From Camelus dromedarius (taxonomy: Eukaryota): 64,000 nt of DNA. Below the pieces are notes generated by a model. That model was not told the DNA's origin and did not search any database. It was given only the letters and a program-made list of their open reading frames with translations. The position numbers were made by a program, and so were the translations under genes. Positions within the stretch are counted from its first letter, which is position 1; each line of letters opens with the position of its first letter. The stretch lies in NCBI RefSeq assembly GCF_036321535.1, contig NC_087437.1:58158001-58222000 (forward strand). Reading direction: 5' to 3'. Of the stretch, positions 1 to 13,188 are shown piece by piece.

Positions 1-1039
1 CTCTTTTTAAATCTTGTATGTGAAATCCTTAGCCCAGGGTCTCACACACAATAACTCTCAATAAATGCTTGCTATTATTTTTAGGCATTTGCTTCCTAGG
101 CCAAGAACTGATGGTATAGCTTGGCCACTAGAACAGAGGTCCTGCCAAGACTGATTCCCCTTCCTTTACAGGTGTTGGCAGATAGCAGTTTGTGGGGAAA
201 TAACAGAAAGGGGTTTCAAGTAGGTGACAAGCTGTTGCTCAAACACTGGCCACTGTTCCATTTAACAGGAATTCATTACTTCAGTAGCAATGAAAAGTAG
301 TCAGTCCTGCAGGATTTCTCGGTCTGTATCATCCTCTGCCCCACTTTAAAGTTTTAAGATGTTTGTTTCCTGTCAGCACTATTTTTATTTAATTGGATCC
401 TGTTGGGGATTTTCATGTACTTTTCCTGTTTAGTTTTCTTCCTGTTTCTCAAAAACAGGACTTGAAAGATAAAGATGAACAATTGTAAAGCACTTTGCAT
501 TGACCTTTACAAAATTGCTATTAAATCTTTCAATCTTCCCACCCTTGTCAACCCCTTATTGCACAACATTTAGAGGCAGATGAGAGGACACTGAAAGATG
601 CTCTGAGACAGCTGGGCTGCCAAAAAACTTGCTCTTGCCTGGTTTGAGCCCTGCACCACTGCTATTTCCTTCACATGAGACATTTTTGTCTTGAGTCTGG
701 CTTCTGGCTCTTCGGCATGTTTCTCATCCTACCTCTTAGGTAGCAAATGATTCTGCTTAGTTTTTGTATCTTAAACAATGTCTCAACCTCTCTGAGCCTC
801 AGCTTCCTGTTATGAATGTAGGACACGTTCTCCGATGAGGAAATTAGGAGAAAAGGGGGAATGGGAGGGAACACGAATGCCAGAAGGCAGAGAAGATATT
901 AGTATTGATGGTTACATGAGGATAAGTTTGACGATGGCCAAGTCATTGCAATCAGATAGATTGGAATGGAAACGGACTTCTCCACTCACAAGATCTAAGG
1001 GAAACTACTTAACTTATGCCCATTCCTAGTCATAACTCT

Positions 1040-1142
1040 CTTTTTTTTTTAAACTGAAATATTGTCAGTTTCCAATGTTGTGTCAATCTCTGGTGCACAG
1101 CATAATGCTTCAGTCATACATATACATACATATTTGTTTTCA
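1040..1142 (-). mobile_element. 5'-truncated young L1 3' end (~100 bp)
   Basis: PolyT followed by the same L1 3'UTR terminus seen in other copies in the window. TSD cctagtcataactct (1025-1039) / cctaatcataactct (1143-1157). Confidence 0.85.
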
Positions 1143-1339
1143 CCTAATCATAACTCTTGATTTCAATATCTCATATGCATTTCACTCTCTGATTTAACCT
1201 TGCATATTTGCAGCTTACTCCTTCTTATATTCCACCTCTAACAATTTTGAACCCCACTGAGATCTACAATCATCAGTCCTTCTACCTTGTTGCTTTTTTT
1301 TGTATCCCTTCATGTCCTCTTCTCCCACTTTACTCAGCA

Positions 1340-3125
1340 TGGTTTCCACAGTCCATTATTAGAATCATCCCTTCTCAACATCTTCAACTACCCTCCCCGT
1401 CTCCCTTCAGCAAATGTGCCTGGCCAGACCCCAAAGCTGGTTAAATTCAGTGCTCCACCTACACTGTGACTGCGCACTGCATCTAAAGGTGCCTGGAAAT
1501 TAACCATTAACCATGCTGTCAGGAATCACTTTAAATTCAAAATCACACATTTCAAAAGGGCCTTAGTGAAACCTGGAAATATGATTAAATTTCCCTGGTA
1601 CATCTAATCTCTGATTTGCTTATGTTTCACACTCTCTTCTTTCTCCTCAAACTTCCAAGATCTCTTTCTCTGTCCTGACTTTCAGCTGATGACCTTCCTT
1701 TTTACTTCATCTGGAAAAGGGAACCGGGAGAAAGAGAGGAACTTCCAGTTGTTTCTACCATACATCTACCACTTCATGGTGTGGGTACCATATGGTTCAC
1801 TTCCGTCCTCCTCTCTTCTCTAAGGCCATCTTTCAGACTAATGCCCTGAACCCCATCATATCTCACCTACACAGGGATGTCCCTCCAATATTTCTCCCTT
1901 CTCTCTCCCATGCAATCGATTTTCTCCTCTCAGCTGTATCATTGGCATGAGCACACAAAGCTGCTTTAATACTAGAATCTGAAAAACAAATCTCTCCGGA
2001 CCTCCACTTACCACGGTACTTCTCTGTTCACTTCTATAGCAGAATTTGCCGGAGAATACTAGCTGTCTTTGATTTCTCTCTCCCCATTTTCTCCCTTTTA
2101 TTTGCTGAGCTTGAATTTTGGTCCCACCACTTCTTAAATAAAACAAAAGTTAGAAAGGTTCTCATGACTTCCACTTTGATAAATCTGGTAGTCTTATCTG
2201 GATTGAAGTATCAGGAACCATTGACTCTCTTAATCACTCCCACCTTCTTGAAACCATTTTCTCACTTCAACACCATTCTCTCCTAGTTTCCTTCCTACCT
2301 CACCAGACACTCCTGTTTAATATCCTTTGCAGTTCGTCCTATATATTGGACTACTTTGGGGATCACTCCTCTGCCCTCATTCTGTCTCTGTTGATATTCA
2401 CTTTCAAGACGATATAATTCAGTTTCAAGGCTTTAAGTACCATGTATGTATTGACAATTCCAAAATACATATCTCCAGCAGAGCCTCTCACATGAATTCA
2501 ATATTCATTCAGCCGACTGAAATGTCCGCCTCAATGTCCACTTGGATGTCTAAAGAGCATCTCAGGCTTAACATGCCCCAAACTGAGCTCTGAGTTACCT
2601 TCACCTGCTTCTCTTCTAGTCTTGCCCATCATAGCACATGGCAACTCTAGCCACTCAGGTCAAAGCTCATTATTAAATCTCTTTTTCTCATCACTCATAT
2701 CCAAAATAAATCCAAAATTTGACTGCCTCCTCACTACCACCCTGCTTTCTTACCACCCTGTCAACACAATAGACATATATGAGATTATGTTACTTGTGGT
2801 CTTAAAACCACCAAATGGCTTCCCATTTCACTCTGAGTCAAAGCCAAAATCCTTACAGTGGTCTACAAAGCCCAAGCCCTACATGATCTGGCTCCTCTCA
2901 CCTCATAGACATCATCTCCTGACTTCCTTTCTCTCACTCTCTGATGGAGCCATTTCAACCTTTTGGCTATTTCTTGAACACGAAAGGCACATTCCAACCT
3001 CAGGGCCTTTGCACTTACTGTTTTCCTGCCAGGAATGCTTCTACCCCATAGCCTCATGACGTGCTCCCTCTCTTCCTTCATAATTCAATTCACATACCCT
3101 CTTCTAAATGAGGCCTCCTCTGTCC
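1340..3125 (+). mobile_element. Degraded LINE-2 (L2) fragment(s)
   Basis: L2-type motifs such as ctcaggcttaacatgccccaaactgagctc and cctcagggcctttgcacttactgttttcctgccaggaatgc. Boundaries approximate. Confidence 0.7.
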
Positions 3126-3989
3126 ATGCTTCTGACTCAGGGCTACAGCTGATGAGCTAGGGATGGACACCTAGGGATGGGTCAATTGTTTCTTCCTTGG
3201 GAATTTGGTACTGGAACCAAGGGAGCTAGGCCATTTACTGACACTGTAACATAATTTTCCACAGCTGTTACAGATCCTGTTTTCAGCCAAGAGGACCAGA
3301 TGCAGAGGTATCTATCAAAAAGAATAAAATGATGATTAGAGAGAAACGGAAGTGACAGATGGCAAGAGGAACTCTGCAGGGCTCTAGTCCTCATTACCAG
3401 GTGTTCCTCAGGTCTAAGCAGACCCCTGCACTTCCTGCTGCATTAAGGAAAACACCAGCTTAATGTCTGCTATTGTAATAGGTGGTTAATAAATATGAAT
3501 TGAATCTGAATCTTCAGGGGGAGGAATCATGTCTACATCTGTTTACTCTCAAAATCTTCACCATAAGTCAAATCAAGCTAAGTTGCAAAAATAAATATGC
3601 TTTATGAACATTTGGCATCACATCTAATCTGAGAAAGATGGGATTCTGTTCTTTGTCTTGGAAGGCTGCCTGAGGTAATAGAAAGACAACTGGACCCCGA
3701 ACAGGAAACCTGGGTTCTGGTCCAGCTGTGAACTTGGGCTGGTTATCATCCCTCTCTAAACCCCTCTTTTCTCATCTGGAAAACAAAAGAGGTTGAATTA
3801 GACCTGAATTATTTCCCAGGTCTAGATTTTAGAAGTCGGAGTCCTCAGTGATATGAGGCATTATGTGGAGGCATGTTCTTTTCCTGATTAGAAAAGATAG
3901 TACTGGTAAATACTTTAGATGTTTTAAATATTGGTCTTTTTGTGACTGCCACATATCTGAACCCTTGCATCTGTTGAGGAATTTTCCAC

Positions 3990-4495
3990 TCATAAATCTT
4001 GGTGGGAGATGAAACTTATCTCCAACTGTAGACATTGAAAAACCCAAATATTCACTTCCCAATTTCTCCTGGGCCTAGAACTAGTTATATGATGGAAGCA
4101 AGGGCCATTTGACTCAGTCACTGAGACCAAACTGGAATATTGGAACTTGCTGGATTCAGGCCCAGCCAAAAGTTCACTCCAGAGGCAGGTGGTGGTGGCA
4201 ACTGCCGCAGCATCCAGGATTGACCACTGTGATCTCCTGTGTCAAGGTTGAAGTGTACAGCAGTGCCCCCTTGGCATCCAGTGTTTGTGGAAGAAGTGTG
4301 GGGTCCTCAGGGCACCGGATGGGTAATGTGATGGCTGTGGTCCTGACTGACCGCAGGTCCCACTGCCCCTCCTGTTTCTGCAGGCTTCTTGTGAGTCAGT
4401 GAGGTGCTTTCCTTTCAATGAGCTCCTTTTTAACTTAAATCTGTCATAGGTGGTGCCCCCACCCCTAATTTTACAAATAAGAACCCTGATTGAAG
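3990..4495 (+). mobile_element. Old MaLR (MLT1-type) LTR remnant
   Basis: MLT1-like 3' end (ttttaacttaaatctgtc...aataagaaccctgattgaagca). Heavily diverged. Confidence 0.4.
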
Positions 4496-4814
4496 CACCA
4501 GATTAAATGAGGTCAGGAGAGTCCTGAGCCCTAAATTCTCAATGCAGTTAAGGTGATTAAACAAATGTGGTCAAAGGCTCTCCCTGACTCCTGACTCTGC
4601 CACTTTCACAGGAAGAATATGTTTCATCAGAATAGCAAAACCAGAGGGGAACTGAGGGATGGTTTAACCCGAGTTCCTCATTTTTTATCCAAAGGCCAAA
4701 CCCAGTTATCATGGGAAATAACTTGTATGGAATCACACAGTGAGGTCCAGAGGCGAGACACCTGTCTCTCTGACACCCTTTTCAGGATTTTTCTTACCAT
4801 GCCAACTCCTGTCA

Positions 4815-4956
4815 ATTTGCACATTATTTTGTTTACATTTGTTTTTCAATTTGTGTCTTATCGATCTGTACATTATTTTGTTTACTTCTTTAAACTTGAG
4901 TCTTGTTGATTTGAACATTATTTTATTTACATTTTTTTTTTTTCAATTTGAGTCTG
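4815..4956. repeat. Degenerate tandem triplication, ~45-49 bp unit
   Basis: Units start at 4815, 4864 and 4909 and share atYtgNacattattttRtttac...aaYttgWgtct. Confidence 0.85.
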
Positions 4957-5674
4957 TTTTTTGGTGCTTCCTGAGTTCTTACCTCCCACCCCACTCCCAG
5001 TGTTCCTATCTCTGTAAGTGGCATTTGCCTAGGTAAGGCATTTTGCCTTCTGGTTTCAAGAGAAAGCCAGTTTCCTCCCACAAGCCTCAAGGATTAGAGG
5101 CGGTGAGTGAGGTCCCATATTCTTAGCAACACTGAGGGCTTGTCCTTCTGCGGGGCTCATTGCTAGCTTGGCCTCAATACTGTCGTTTTTTAAATGCAGA
5201 GAAGAAGATTTGCAAACTGCGAGCCCTTCCAGGAAAAACACACAGTCATCAGGATTCTCCAAATGTGCCTAAACTTGTACTCCTCTGGTGCTTCTTCAGA
5301 AATGCCAGCCCTGCCTGCTCTTCTGAGGGAAAGGGAGGGAACATCCTTAATAAGAGACAGCAGTGACGTGATTACCTGTGAAGCCACGAGGGGAAAGAGC
5401 TCAACGTTAGATCCAGGCATGTACAGGCAGGCAAGGTGCGATTCCTTGCAGCCATTTAGACTCTGCCCTGACTCTAGGAAACTGGCCCTGATCTGTTCAG
5501 CCCCATTTCAATTGTGTTCATTACACAATCAGCATTGAGCTCCGAGCTACATCACACAGAAAATAATACACCTTTAGACTTCTGAGTGAGCAGTGTCTCG
5601 GAGTCATTGTTCTCTCATATAAGAGTTCTGCGAAGTAGGCAGGGTAGGAATTATCCTCCTTATAATGTTCCATT

Positions 5675-6085
5675 TGTTACCAAGTCCAAGCTTGTACTGC
5701 TTGCCACATAACAGACCAATAATTGAGAGACCAGTCATTGGGGCAAGGAATAGCGACTTTATTCAGAAAGCCAGTGGACCTAGAAGTAGATGGTAGCCTA
5801 GTGTCCTAAAGAACCATCTTCCCTGACTTAGAATTCAGGTTTGTTTTATATTAAAAGGGAGGGAGTAAAATCCTGGTTCTGGCCAGACTCTGGAGGGAAT
5901 GGGTTAATTTCTTCCTTCCTGCAGCCATTCATAGGTGGGCCTGGTCAGGATGTTTCCTGTGAGCTAGACAAAGCTATTTTAGCTTAATGCTTGGTTCCCA
6001 GACATGGGCCATCATGTGTACGTAAGCTTACAGGTAACACCCCTTCAGTGATTAACTTAGAATACAAAGGTTCTTCTCTATTACA
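5675..6085 (-). mobile_element. Solo ERV1-class LTR (411 bp)
   Basis: TG...CA ends (tgttacc...ctattaca). 4-bp TSD catt at 5671-5674 and 6086-6089. On the minus strand, TATAAAA (5844-5850) lies upstream of AATAAA (5758-5763). Confidence 0.85.
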
Positions 6086-6089
6086 CATT

Positions 6090-6600
6090 CATCAATTCAA
6101 CAAATAGATTTTGAGTGCTTAGGACCTGCCACATACTCTTTTTGGCACTGGGGTACAGAGAAAACTGATAAGGTTCTTGCTCTCAAAAAGTTAATTTTTG
6201 TTAATGATAAATTTTTATACTGTGGCTATTTTACCGGTTTTTTAAAAGTTTGATCTATTATTCATACACCCTTTAAAAAGTTTATATGCTGTTGGAAAAC
6301 AGACGGTGAGCAGGTAAACAAACAAAAAGTCATCGTTATAGATTGTGATGAACTTTTAGTAAAGAAAAAATCAAGGTATGTAATAGACAGTAATGGGGCG
6401 GAGGTGCCAGAGGATGAAGTGGGGAATTGGTCTTATCTATAAGGGTCTAGTAAGGCTTCTCTGAGGACATGACCTGAAATGGAAGAAGGGTAAATTGTCC
6501 CAGACAGAGGAAACTGTATGTTCAAGGGCACTGAGGCAAGAAAGAACGTGGTGCATTGGAGCAGCAGGAGGCCAGTGTGCCTGGAGCACAGTGAGCGAGG
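6090..6600 (-). mobile_element. L2 3' end fragments
   Basis: Antisense L2 tail (ttcatcaattcaacaaatagattttgagtgctt) and cagagggaaactg...ttcaagggcactgaggca-like segments. Confidence 0.6.
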
Positions 6601-7170
6601 GGCATTGAGGAAACAGAGGCTCAAAGAGGTCAGAAACTGGCCCAGGTTCACATGCCTCGCGACATGGTCTTTCTGCTTAGTCTGCTGTTTGCAGGGTGCT
6701 TGGCCTGATCCTTTGGCTCGGTGGGAGATCCCTTGACATGGGCATCATGATGTCCTTCTCCTTTCTTTCCCCGCAGCCGTGACTGGTGTAGTCTCTGCCG
6801 CAGCCCAGGGGTTTGGCTCATTTACTGGGGGCATGAATTTAGAATGCATTGACCTGAAGGTGACTTCAGGGAAGCTGATGATTTCTATGGCCTCCTTTGT
6901 TCCCAGTCTTCCAGGCCAGCTAATAAATTCCTCATCCACTTGCTTGCTGATGCTTGTTGCTTCTCATTCTGGGGCAGCCTTTTTAGCTCCTCGGGTGGGA
7001 CTGGTTCCACAGCTTCAGAGCTTGTTTTCAGGTGACTGAGGATGTCGATACATATACTTAGGAAACTGGAAAACAACAGCACAATTTATTCTGTATCCTA
7101 TTGGGAAAACTTCTCAGAAACATTTTCCTATTACTTCAGTCTGTCCCCACTATAACTAAACCAGGAGAAG

Positions 7171-7409
7171 CATACTTCATTTTCATATTCTTTTTCACCA
7201 GAAGTTATTATAAAATATTGAACATTGTTCCATGTGCTATACAGTATGAATTTGTTGCTTATCTATTTTACACATATTAGTTAGTATCTGCAAAACCTGA
7301 ACTCCCAATTTATCGCTTCCTACCCTCTTTCCCTGCCCAGTGACCCTAAGTCTGTTTTCTATGTCTGTGTGTCTGTTTCTGTTTTCTGAAAAAAAAAAAA
7401 AAAAAAAAA
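7171..7409. mobile_element. Young L1 3'UTR segment in antisense orientation fused to a plus-strand A21 tract
   Basis: 7171-7388 is the reverse complement of the L1 3'UTR seen at 46640-46860. A-run at 7389-7409. Confidence 0.75.
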
Positions 7410-7410
7410 G

Positions 7411-9850
7411 AACTTATTTGTCTTTTTATTTTTAAGTTTTGAGAGTTCTTTACATATTCTAGATACAGATCGGCTGTCAGATATACGATTTCCAAGTATT
7501 TTCATCTTGGTCTGTGGTTTGCCTCTCCATTTCTCAGTATCTTTTAAAGAGTATGGTATGTTAATTTTGATGAAGTGATCTTATATTTTTTTTAACGCAT
7601 CCTACATATGGTATCATATCTAAGAAATCTTTGCTTAATTTAAGGCCACAAAGATTTTCCTCCCATTTTTTGGGACTTTTTATAGTTTTACATTTTACAT
7701 TTAGGTCTATGATCCATTCTGAGTTCACTTTGTATATGTTGTGAGGTATGGATCAAAGTTCACCTTTTAAAAAAATTATTGCCTATGAATATTCAATTTC
7801 CCTGTACTGTCTATTGAGTAGATTTTCATTTCTCCGCAGAATTATCTGTCCTCTGTCAAAAATCAATTACTATATATATGTGGAGTGATACCTGGACTTT
7901 CTGTGCTGCTATGCTGTTCTGTTTATCTTTATGATACTACTAAATCATCGTGATTACTGTAACTTTACAATAAATTTTGAAGTCGGGAGGTATAAGTCCT
8001 CCAACTTTGTTCTTTTCCAAAGTTGTTTTGTTTTGTTGATAAATAAGCCAAAATACCTTTATCTCTTCTTTTATTTCTTTAAGAAATATTTTGTATTTTT
8101 CAGGGTATAAATCTTGCACTTTTTAAAATCAGTTTTATCCCTAAGTATTTTATAAATACTGACAATATTGCACATTGTTTTTTTTTTTAATTTCAATTTC
8201 CTATTGTTAATATCTAGCCTGTTGAAATGCAATTTATTTTTATGGTGTGATCTTAGAGCCTGAATCTTTGCAAAGCTGTGCATGTCTGTAGATGCCCTTT
8301 ATCATGTTGATGAAGAGCCCTTACATTTGCTCAGAATTTTTATCAGGAACGGATACTGGATCTTACCAAATATGTTTTAGTGTAACAGTTGAGATGATTA
8401 TGTTTTTAAAAACCTATTAATATGGTGTTTTACATTAATTCAATTTTTAAATGTTAAACTGCCTCTTGTTCCTGGAATAAACCCCTCTTGATGTATTATC
8501 CTTTTTATATATTCTTGCACAATTTTCTAAAGTTACATTTAGAATTTTTGCATCTATGTTATTGATAGATATAAGGTCTGTGTTTTTCTTTAGTTAAAAT
8601 GACTTCATCTGGTTTTGGTATCAGATTACCAAATGCTGGTTTTAGAAAATGTACTGGGAAATATTCATTCCTCTTCAGCTTTCTGGAAGAGTTTATATAA
8701 AACTGGTATCATTTCTTTCCTAAATGTCTGATAGAATTCACCAGTGAAGCCAGCTGGGCCAGGAGTTTTTTGTGGCTTTGGTTTTTAACTACAAACTTGA
8801 TTTTTTTAAATGGATATAGAACCATTTAGGTTTCTGTTGTTCTTCTTCTTTTTCGTGTCATCTAAGTTGTTGAATTTATTGGCATACAGTTGCCCATAGT
8901 GTTTCCTTATCATCATTTAATACCTCTAGAATCTGTAGTTAGTGTCACCTCTCTCATTTTTGATATTTTTATCTGTCCTTTTTCCTAGTTACACTTGGTA
9001 GAGGTTTATTAATTTTGTTAATCATTTTAAAGAACTATCTTTAAGTTTTCTTAAATTTATTATGTTTCTGTTTTTATTTTATTGATTTCTCTTGTGATCT
9101 TTATTTTCTTTATCTATTGAAAATGATAAAAGGTTGGTCCATTTATTATTGTGAAATGATCCTGTTTATCCCTGGTAAGATTCTTTGCTTTGAAATCTTC
9201 CTGGTCGGCTATTAATCAAGCCACTTTATCTTTTATTTTATTTTTTTCATTTAATGTTAGCATGGTTTATCTTTTTCCATGCTTTTACTTTTAACCTATT
9301 TATATTTACACTTGTTCCCTGTAGGCAGCATATGATTTGGTCTTCCTTTTTTAACCCAATATGATAATTTCTGCCTCTTAGTAAGAGTGTTTAGACCATT
9401 TACATTTAATGTGATTACTGACATGACTGGGTTTAAATTAACCTTGCTGTTTCATTTCCATTTGTCTTGTTTGTTCTTTGTTCACCTTCTTTTCTTTTTC
9501 TGCCTTCTTTTGGGTATTTTTTTTTTTAAGATTCCTTTTTATTATATGATTTGTTGGCAAATTAGCCTCAACTCTTACTGTTTTATTTTAATGGATTCTT
9601 TAGTGTTTATGATATTTGTTTTGAACTTCTCCCAGTCTTTCTTCAAATAACATTATACTATTTCACATCAGGTATATGAACGTTGTAAGAGTACACTTCC
9701 ATTTCTCCCCTCTTGGCCTTTGTGATATTACTGTCATACATTTAACTTCTACATGTTATAATCCCTACAGTTTATTGTTATTATTTTTGTTTTAAAATGT
9801 CAATTATCTTTATAGAGATTTAAATAATAATAGAAATGTTTTTAAATTTA
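7411..9850 (-). mobile_element. Old L1M (ORF2-derived, degenerate)
   Basis: T-rich antisense L1 motifs (gagagttctttacatattctagatac, tagaattcaccagtgaagcc, tttagaccatttacatttaatgtgatt). No long ORF. Confidence 0.85.
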
Positions 9851-11088
9851 ATCCTGGTGTGATCAGCTCCCCTGTTCAGAGTCCTCTCCTCATCACCTCT
9901 TTCAAAGCAGTCTTAGAAGGAGTGCAACTTAAAAACTATGGCTAGAACCTTGCCTTCTTGCAGTCGCCAAGGTTGGTTTATGTTGCCTTGTCGATGGAAC
10001 TGGGGAGCAGCTGGCTATGCAGAGCACACTGAGAGTTGTTAATAACTCAGCATTGTGGAAGCAATAAAAGGACATCATCCCTCTTGATAATTATTGAGCT
10101 CTTCACAATTTGCTGAATCATTTCGTATCTCTTCTGTTTGCCAAAATACATTATGCTTGTAAAATACAATGCACCTGGAAAATCTTTCAACTTTCCTTCA
10201 GTATCAGGTGTTGGAAACTTCAAGAGGAGGTGGTGAGATAGTTCGGACATTCACTATCCACTCTTGGCATTGTTATTTTACCCTGGGAGTGCCAATTTCT
10301 TGGCAACCTCTGGATTTGCTTGTTTGAGCTGCAGGTGCTGTGGACAGACAGCCCAACAGATGACCATTATGACCCTGGCACCCACAGACCAGCTTTTGGA
10401 GAGGAGAGAAGATAGAGTCATTCCCTATTCTCAACATAGGCCTTGATACAAAATGTGAAGCCGGCACAGAAAGCTGATCTAAGTGGGCCAGGTGCCTGGT
10501 ACCATCTTTTCTACATTTGCCAGCTGTTTTTTCTTGGCTGGCATTGCCAGGAAAGCTTGCCTTGATCCCATCAGACACACGACAGTGCACAGACATAGTG
10601 AGGCTCTGGCATAAGTAACACACCTTGGCTGCCATAGGAGATGGGTGTAGGTCAGCGTGCCCTTTCCCAGTCCTGCCTGCACCGGGAGTCACCAGGCTTC
10701 TGGCTGACAGCACTAATACCATAGTTTCCAAAGAGGACACCGACAGCCATATAGACACTGACTAACGAGGAGTATAATTCAGGCTGAAGCTGGGGAAGAA
10801 ACTACACCAGTTAACATTTACTGATTGGCATTGTGCCAGGGGCTAAGAGTAATTCAAAGAAGTGTGATCCATGTCCTCATCCATGTATTCAATCTGGTTG
10901 GCAAAACAGGACATAAATAGCAAAAGATGACCAAGAGCTAAGTGATAATAGTAAAAGTCATGACTTATTTTTAAGGCATACACATCCATTGCCAAGTGAG
11001 AATTACAGTTGGGTGAACTCACGGAGATCACAGCAAATACAGACTAGCTATATGTTGGTGGTTTTTAGAAGGCAGAGGTGGGTTGACT

Positions 11089-11210
11089 CTTATTTTTTTA
11101 GTTTATTTGTTTGCTTGTTTATTTATTTATTTTAATGGAGGTACTGGGGATTGAACCCAGGACCCCCTGCATGCTAGGCTTGCACTTCACCACGGAGCTG
11201 TACCCTCCCT
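11089..11210 (-). mobile_element. tRNA-derived SINE, Vic-1-like
   Basis: Minus strand has a tRNA-like head with B box (gggttcaatccccagtacctcc) and an A-rich tail. Homologous to the copy at 21672. Confidence 0.85.
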
Positions 11211-11409
11211 ACATGGGCTGATTTTCAAATGGGATAAAGTCTTCAGAAATGGTCAGTGAGTACAGAAATAGTGAACCAATGTGAAGGAGGTAAAATCATG
11301 TACTTAGGACCAGAAATCAAGTATTTCAAGCAGAGGAGGCCAAGAAGGAAGCTGAGCATCACCATATGAATTTAGGTAAGTGAGACATTATTAGGGTACC
11401 ACAGATATG

Positions 11410-11612
11410 GAAAATGTGAATTCTGAAGCTCTGTCATTTACTGGCTGATGTAACCTTGGCCAAGTTATTTCACTCTTTAAATTTCAGTTTCTTCATCTGT
11501 AAAATAGAGTAATATTACTAAATTCCTTCAAAGGGTTATATAAGTAAATTTACATATAGCAATTAAGTACATAGTATCTGACGTGGAGTAAATATTTTAT
11601 AAATCCTAGCTA
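11410..11612 (+). mobile_element. MIR
   Basis: MIR core taaccttggccaagttatttcactctttaaatttcagtttcttcatctgtaaaatag. Confidence 0.75.
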
Positions 11613-12839
11613 ATAGCGGTGGTTGTGTCAAAGGCAGTGAAGTTTGGTGGGACCATACCTTAAAATGAAGCCTGTGAATTGCAAGGTCTTAGCAGTATCT
11701 TCGCTACACACAAGGCACCTGAGGCTGAACGATTACACAGCTAGCTAGTGGCAGGGCCTGTGGCCAGCTGAGGGGCTCTGATCTCCTGTCTGTGCCTTCC
11801 TACCTACCACATGGCATCACAGCCTTAAAAAGCCAGGCATTGTAGTTGTGGCCAATTAGGGCCTGGAACAGGTCGATTTGAACTCAATTTCACCTTAATT
11901 AGTTATCACTCTTTTGATTGTGGGTAAAGTGTGATATTTTGTTCAGGGTTCTTTATACAGTTGCCTGCCAGCATCCGATAACGAGCTGGAGGGGCAGCAG
12001 CAAAAATCTGGCATTTGACAGTGAAAACTGCCTTGTACATCCCACAAGGTTCTGGCAGCCAGCCCACACCTCGCCCTGGGCCAGGCACTCCCTGGCCAGG
12101 CTTCAGGTCAGCAGAAAGTGATCCATCTTTGTTATGCATTTGAAGAAAGCAGGAGAATCACAGGGTTTTAATGAGCGTATTTAATTGGGGCTTTTTCTCA
12201 GGAGAAGAGAACATGTCCTCTTGGTGCCTGTCATATGAGGAGAGAAGATGAGAATCCTAATGACCCGAGCACAGCAGGGCTTCCTTTCAACCACCGAAGA
12301 CGGAGCTGTGGGGAAGTGTCAGGCTGTCAGGAAGAGACACCTGCGGGAGGAAGGTTGCCTGAGGAACAGGGGCTCCATCCTTCCAGGAAGCTGGAGAGGG
12401 AAGCACTGTCAAGACAACTTGTCTTGGAGCCAGGATGTACCTATTACTTATGTATGAACCAGGTTGCATTACTTGGGTAATTGTGTATGATGTATGCTTT
12501 CCAAGTGATCAAAAACATGCAGAAGTCTCTTTTTTGTTAGTTGGATACCATAGTGTACTCAGCTTGGTTTGGTGTGGCTGAATCAAGAAAAACTGCAGGT
12601 CTATTATGTTCAATTCTACTAATGTTCATTGGACACTTACTACACACAAGGCTAGCAAGGCGTTTGAAAATACTGCATAAAGGTGAAACTGACAGCCTCC
12701 TTGCCTTGTAGAAACTGACAATCTACTTGGGGAGACACACAGTGGAAGGTATTACACACTTCCTGGGGTGGCTGCTATGTTCACAATGATTGTCTGCTCT
12801 CTAGACAGAGCCTCTCATGCCTGGGGAGGGAGTTCTCTA

Positions 12840-13188
12840 GCGGAGAAATACAATGTGGGTAACTTTCCAACATGCACAATAGCAGACTGGTCCATGGGGA
12901 GACATTGGATCCAAGCTGGACCCATCTATTCCCTCCCTGTCTGTCTGTCTTTCATTTAATACTAAGAATAAAAGAGAGAGAGACTGAGTGTCAATGGAAT
13001 CACATTGCATTAATGGCAATACTCTGGGCAGAAGATCCACGAACCCCAGAAGTTTCTTTCCTTTCCAAAGTCAACACTTCCCTTTAGTTCTGGAAAACAC
13101 TTACAAGTCTTTCCTAATCATGTCCCTTTGCCTTAATTAGTTGGAATTGGTTTTCTGTCACCTGCATTCAAGGAAGCCTGATTCATGT
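12840..13188 (+). mobile_element. Old MaLR LTR (MLT1J/K-like)
   Basis: 3' end ccttaattagttggaattggttttctgtcacctgcattcaaggaagcctgattcat resembles MLT1 termini. Confidence 0.55.

Noticed and set aside
4815..4956. CRISPR-like array
   Set aside because: Eukaryotic context. The intervening parts are homologous to each other rather than unique spacers. No cas genes.
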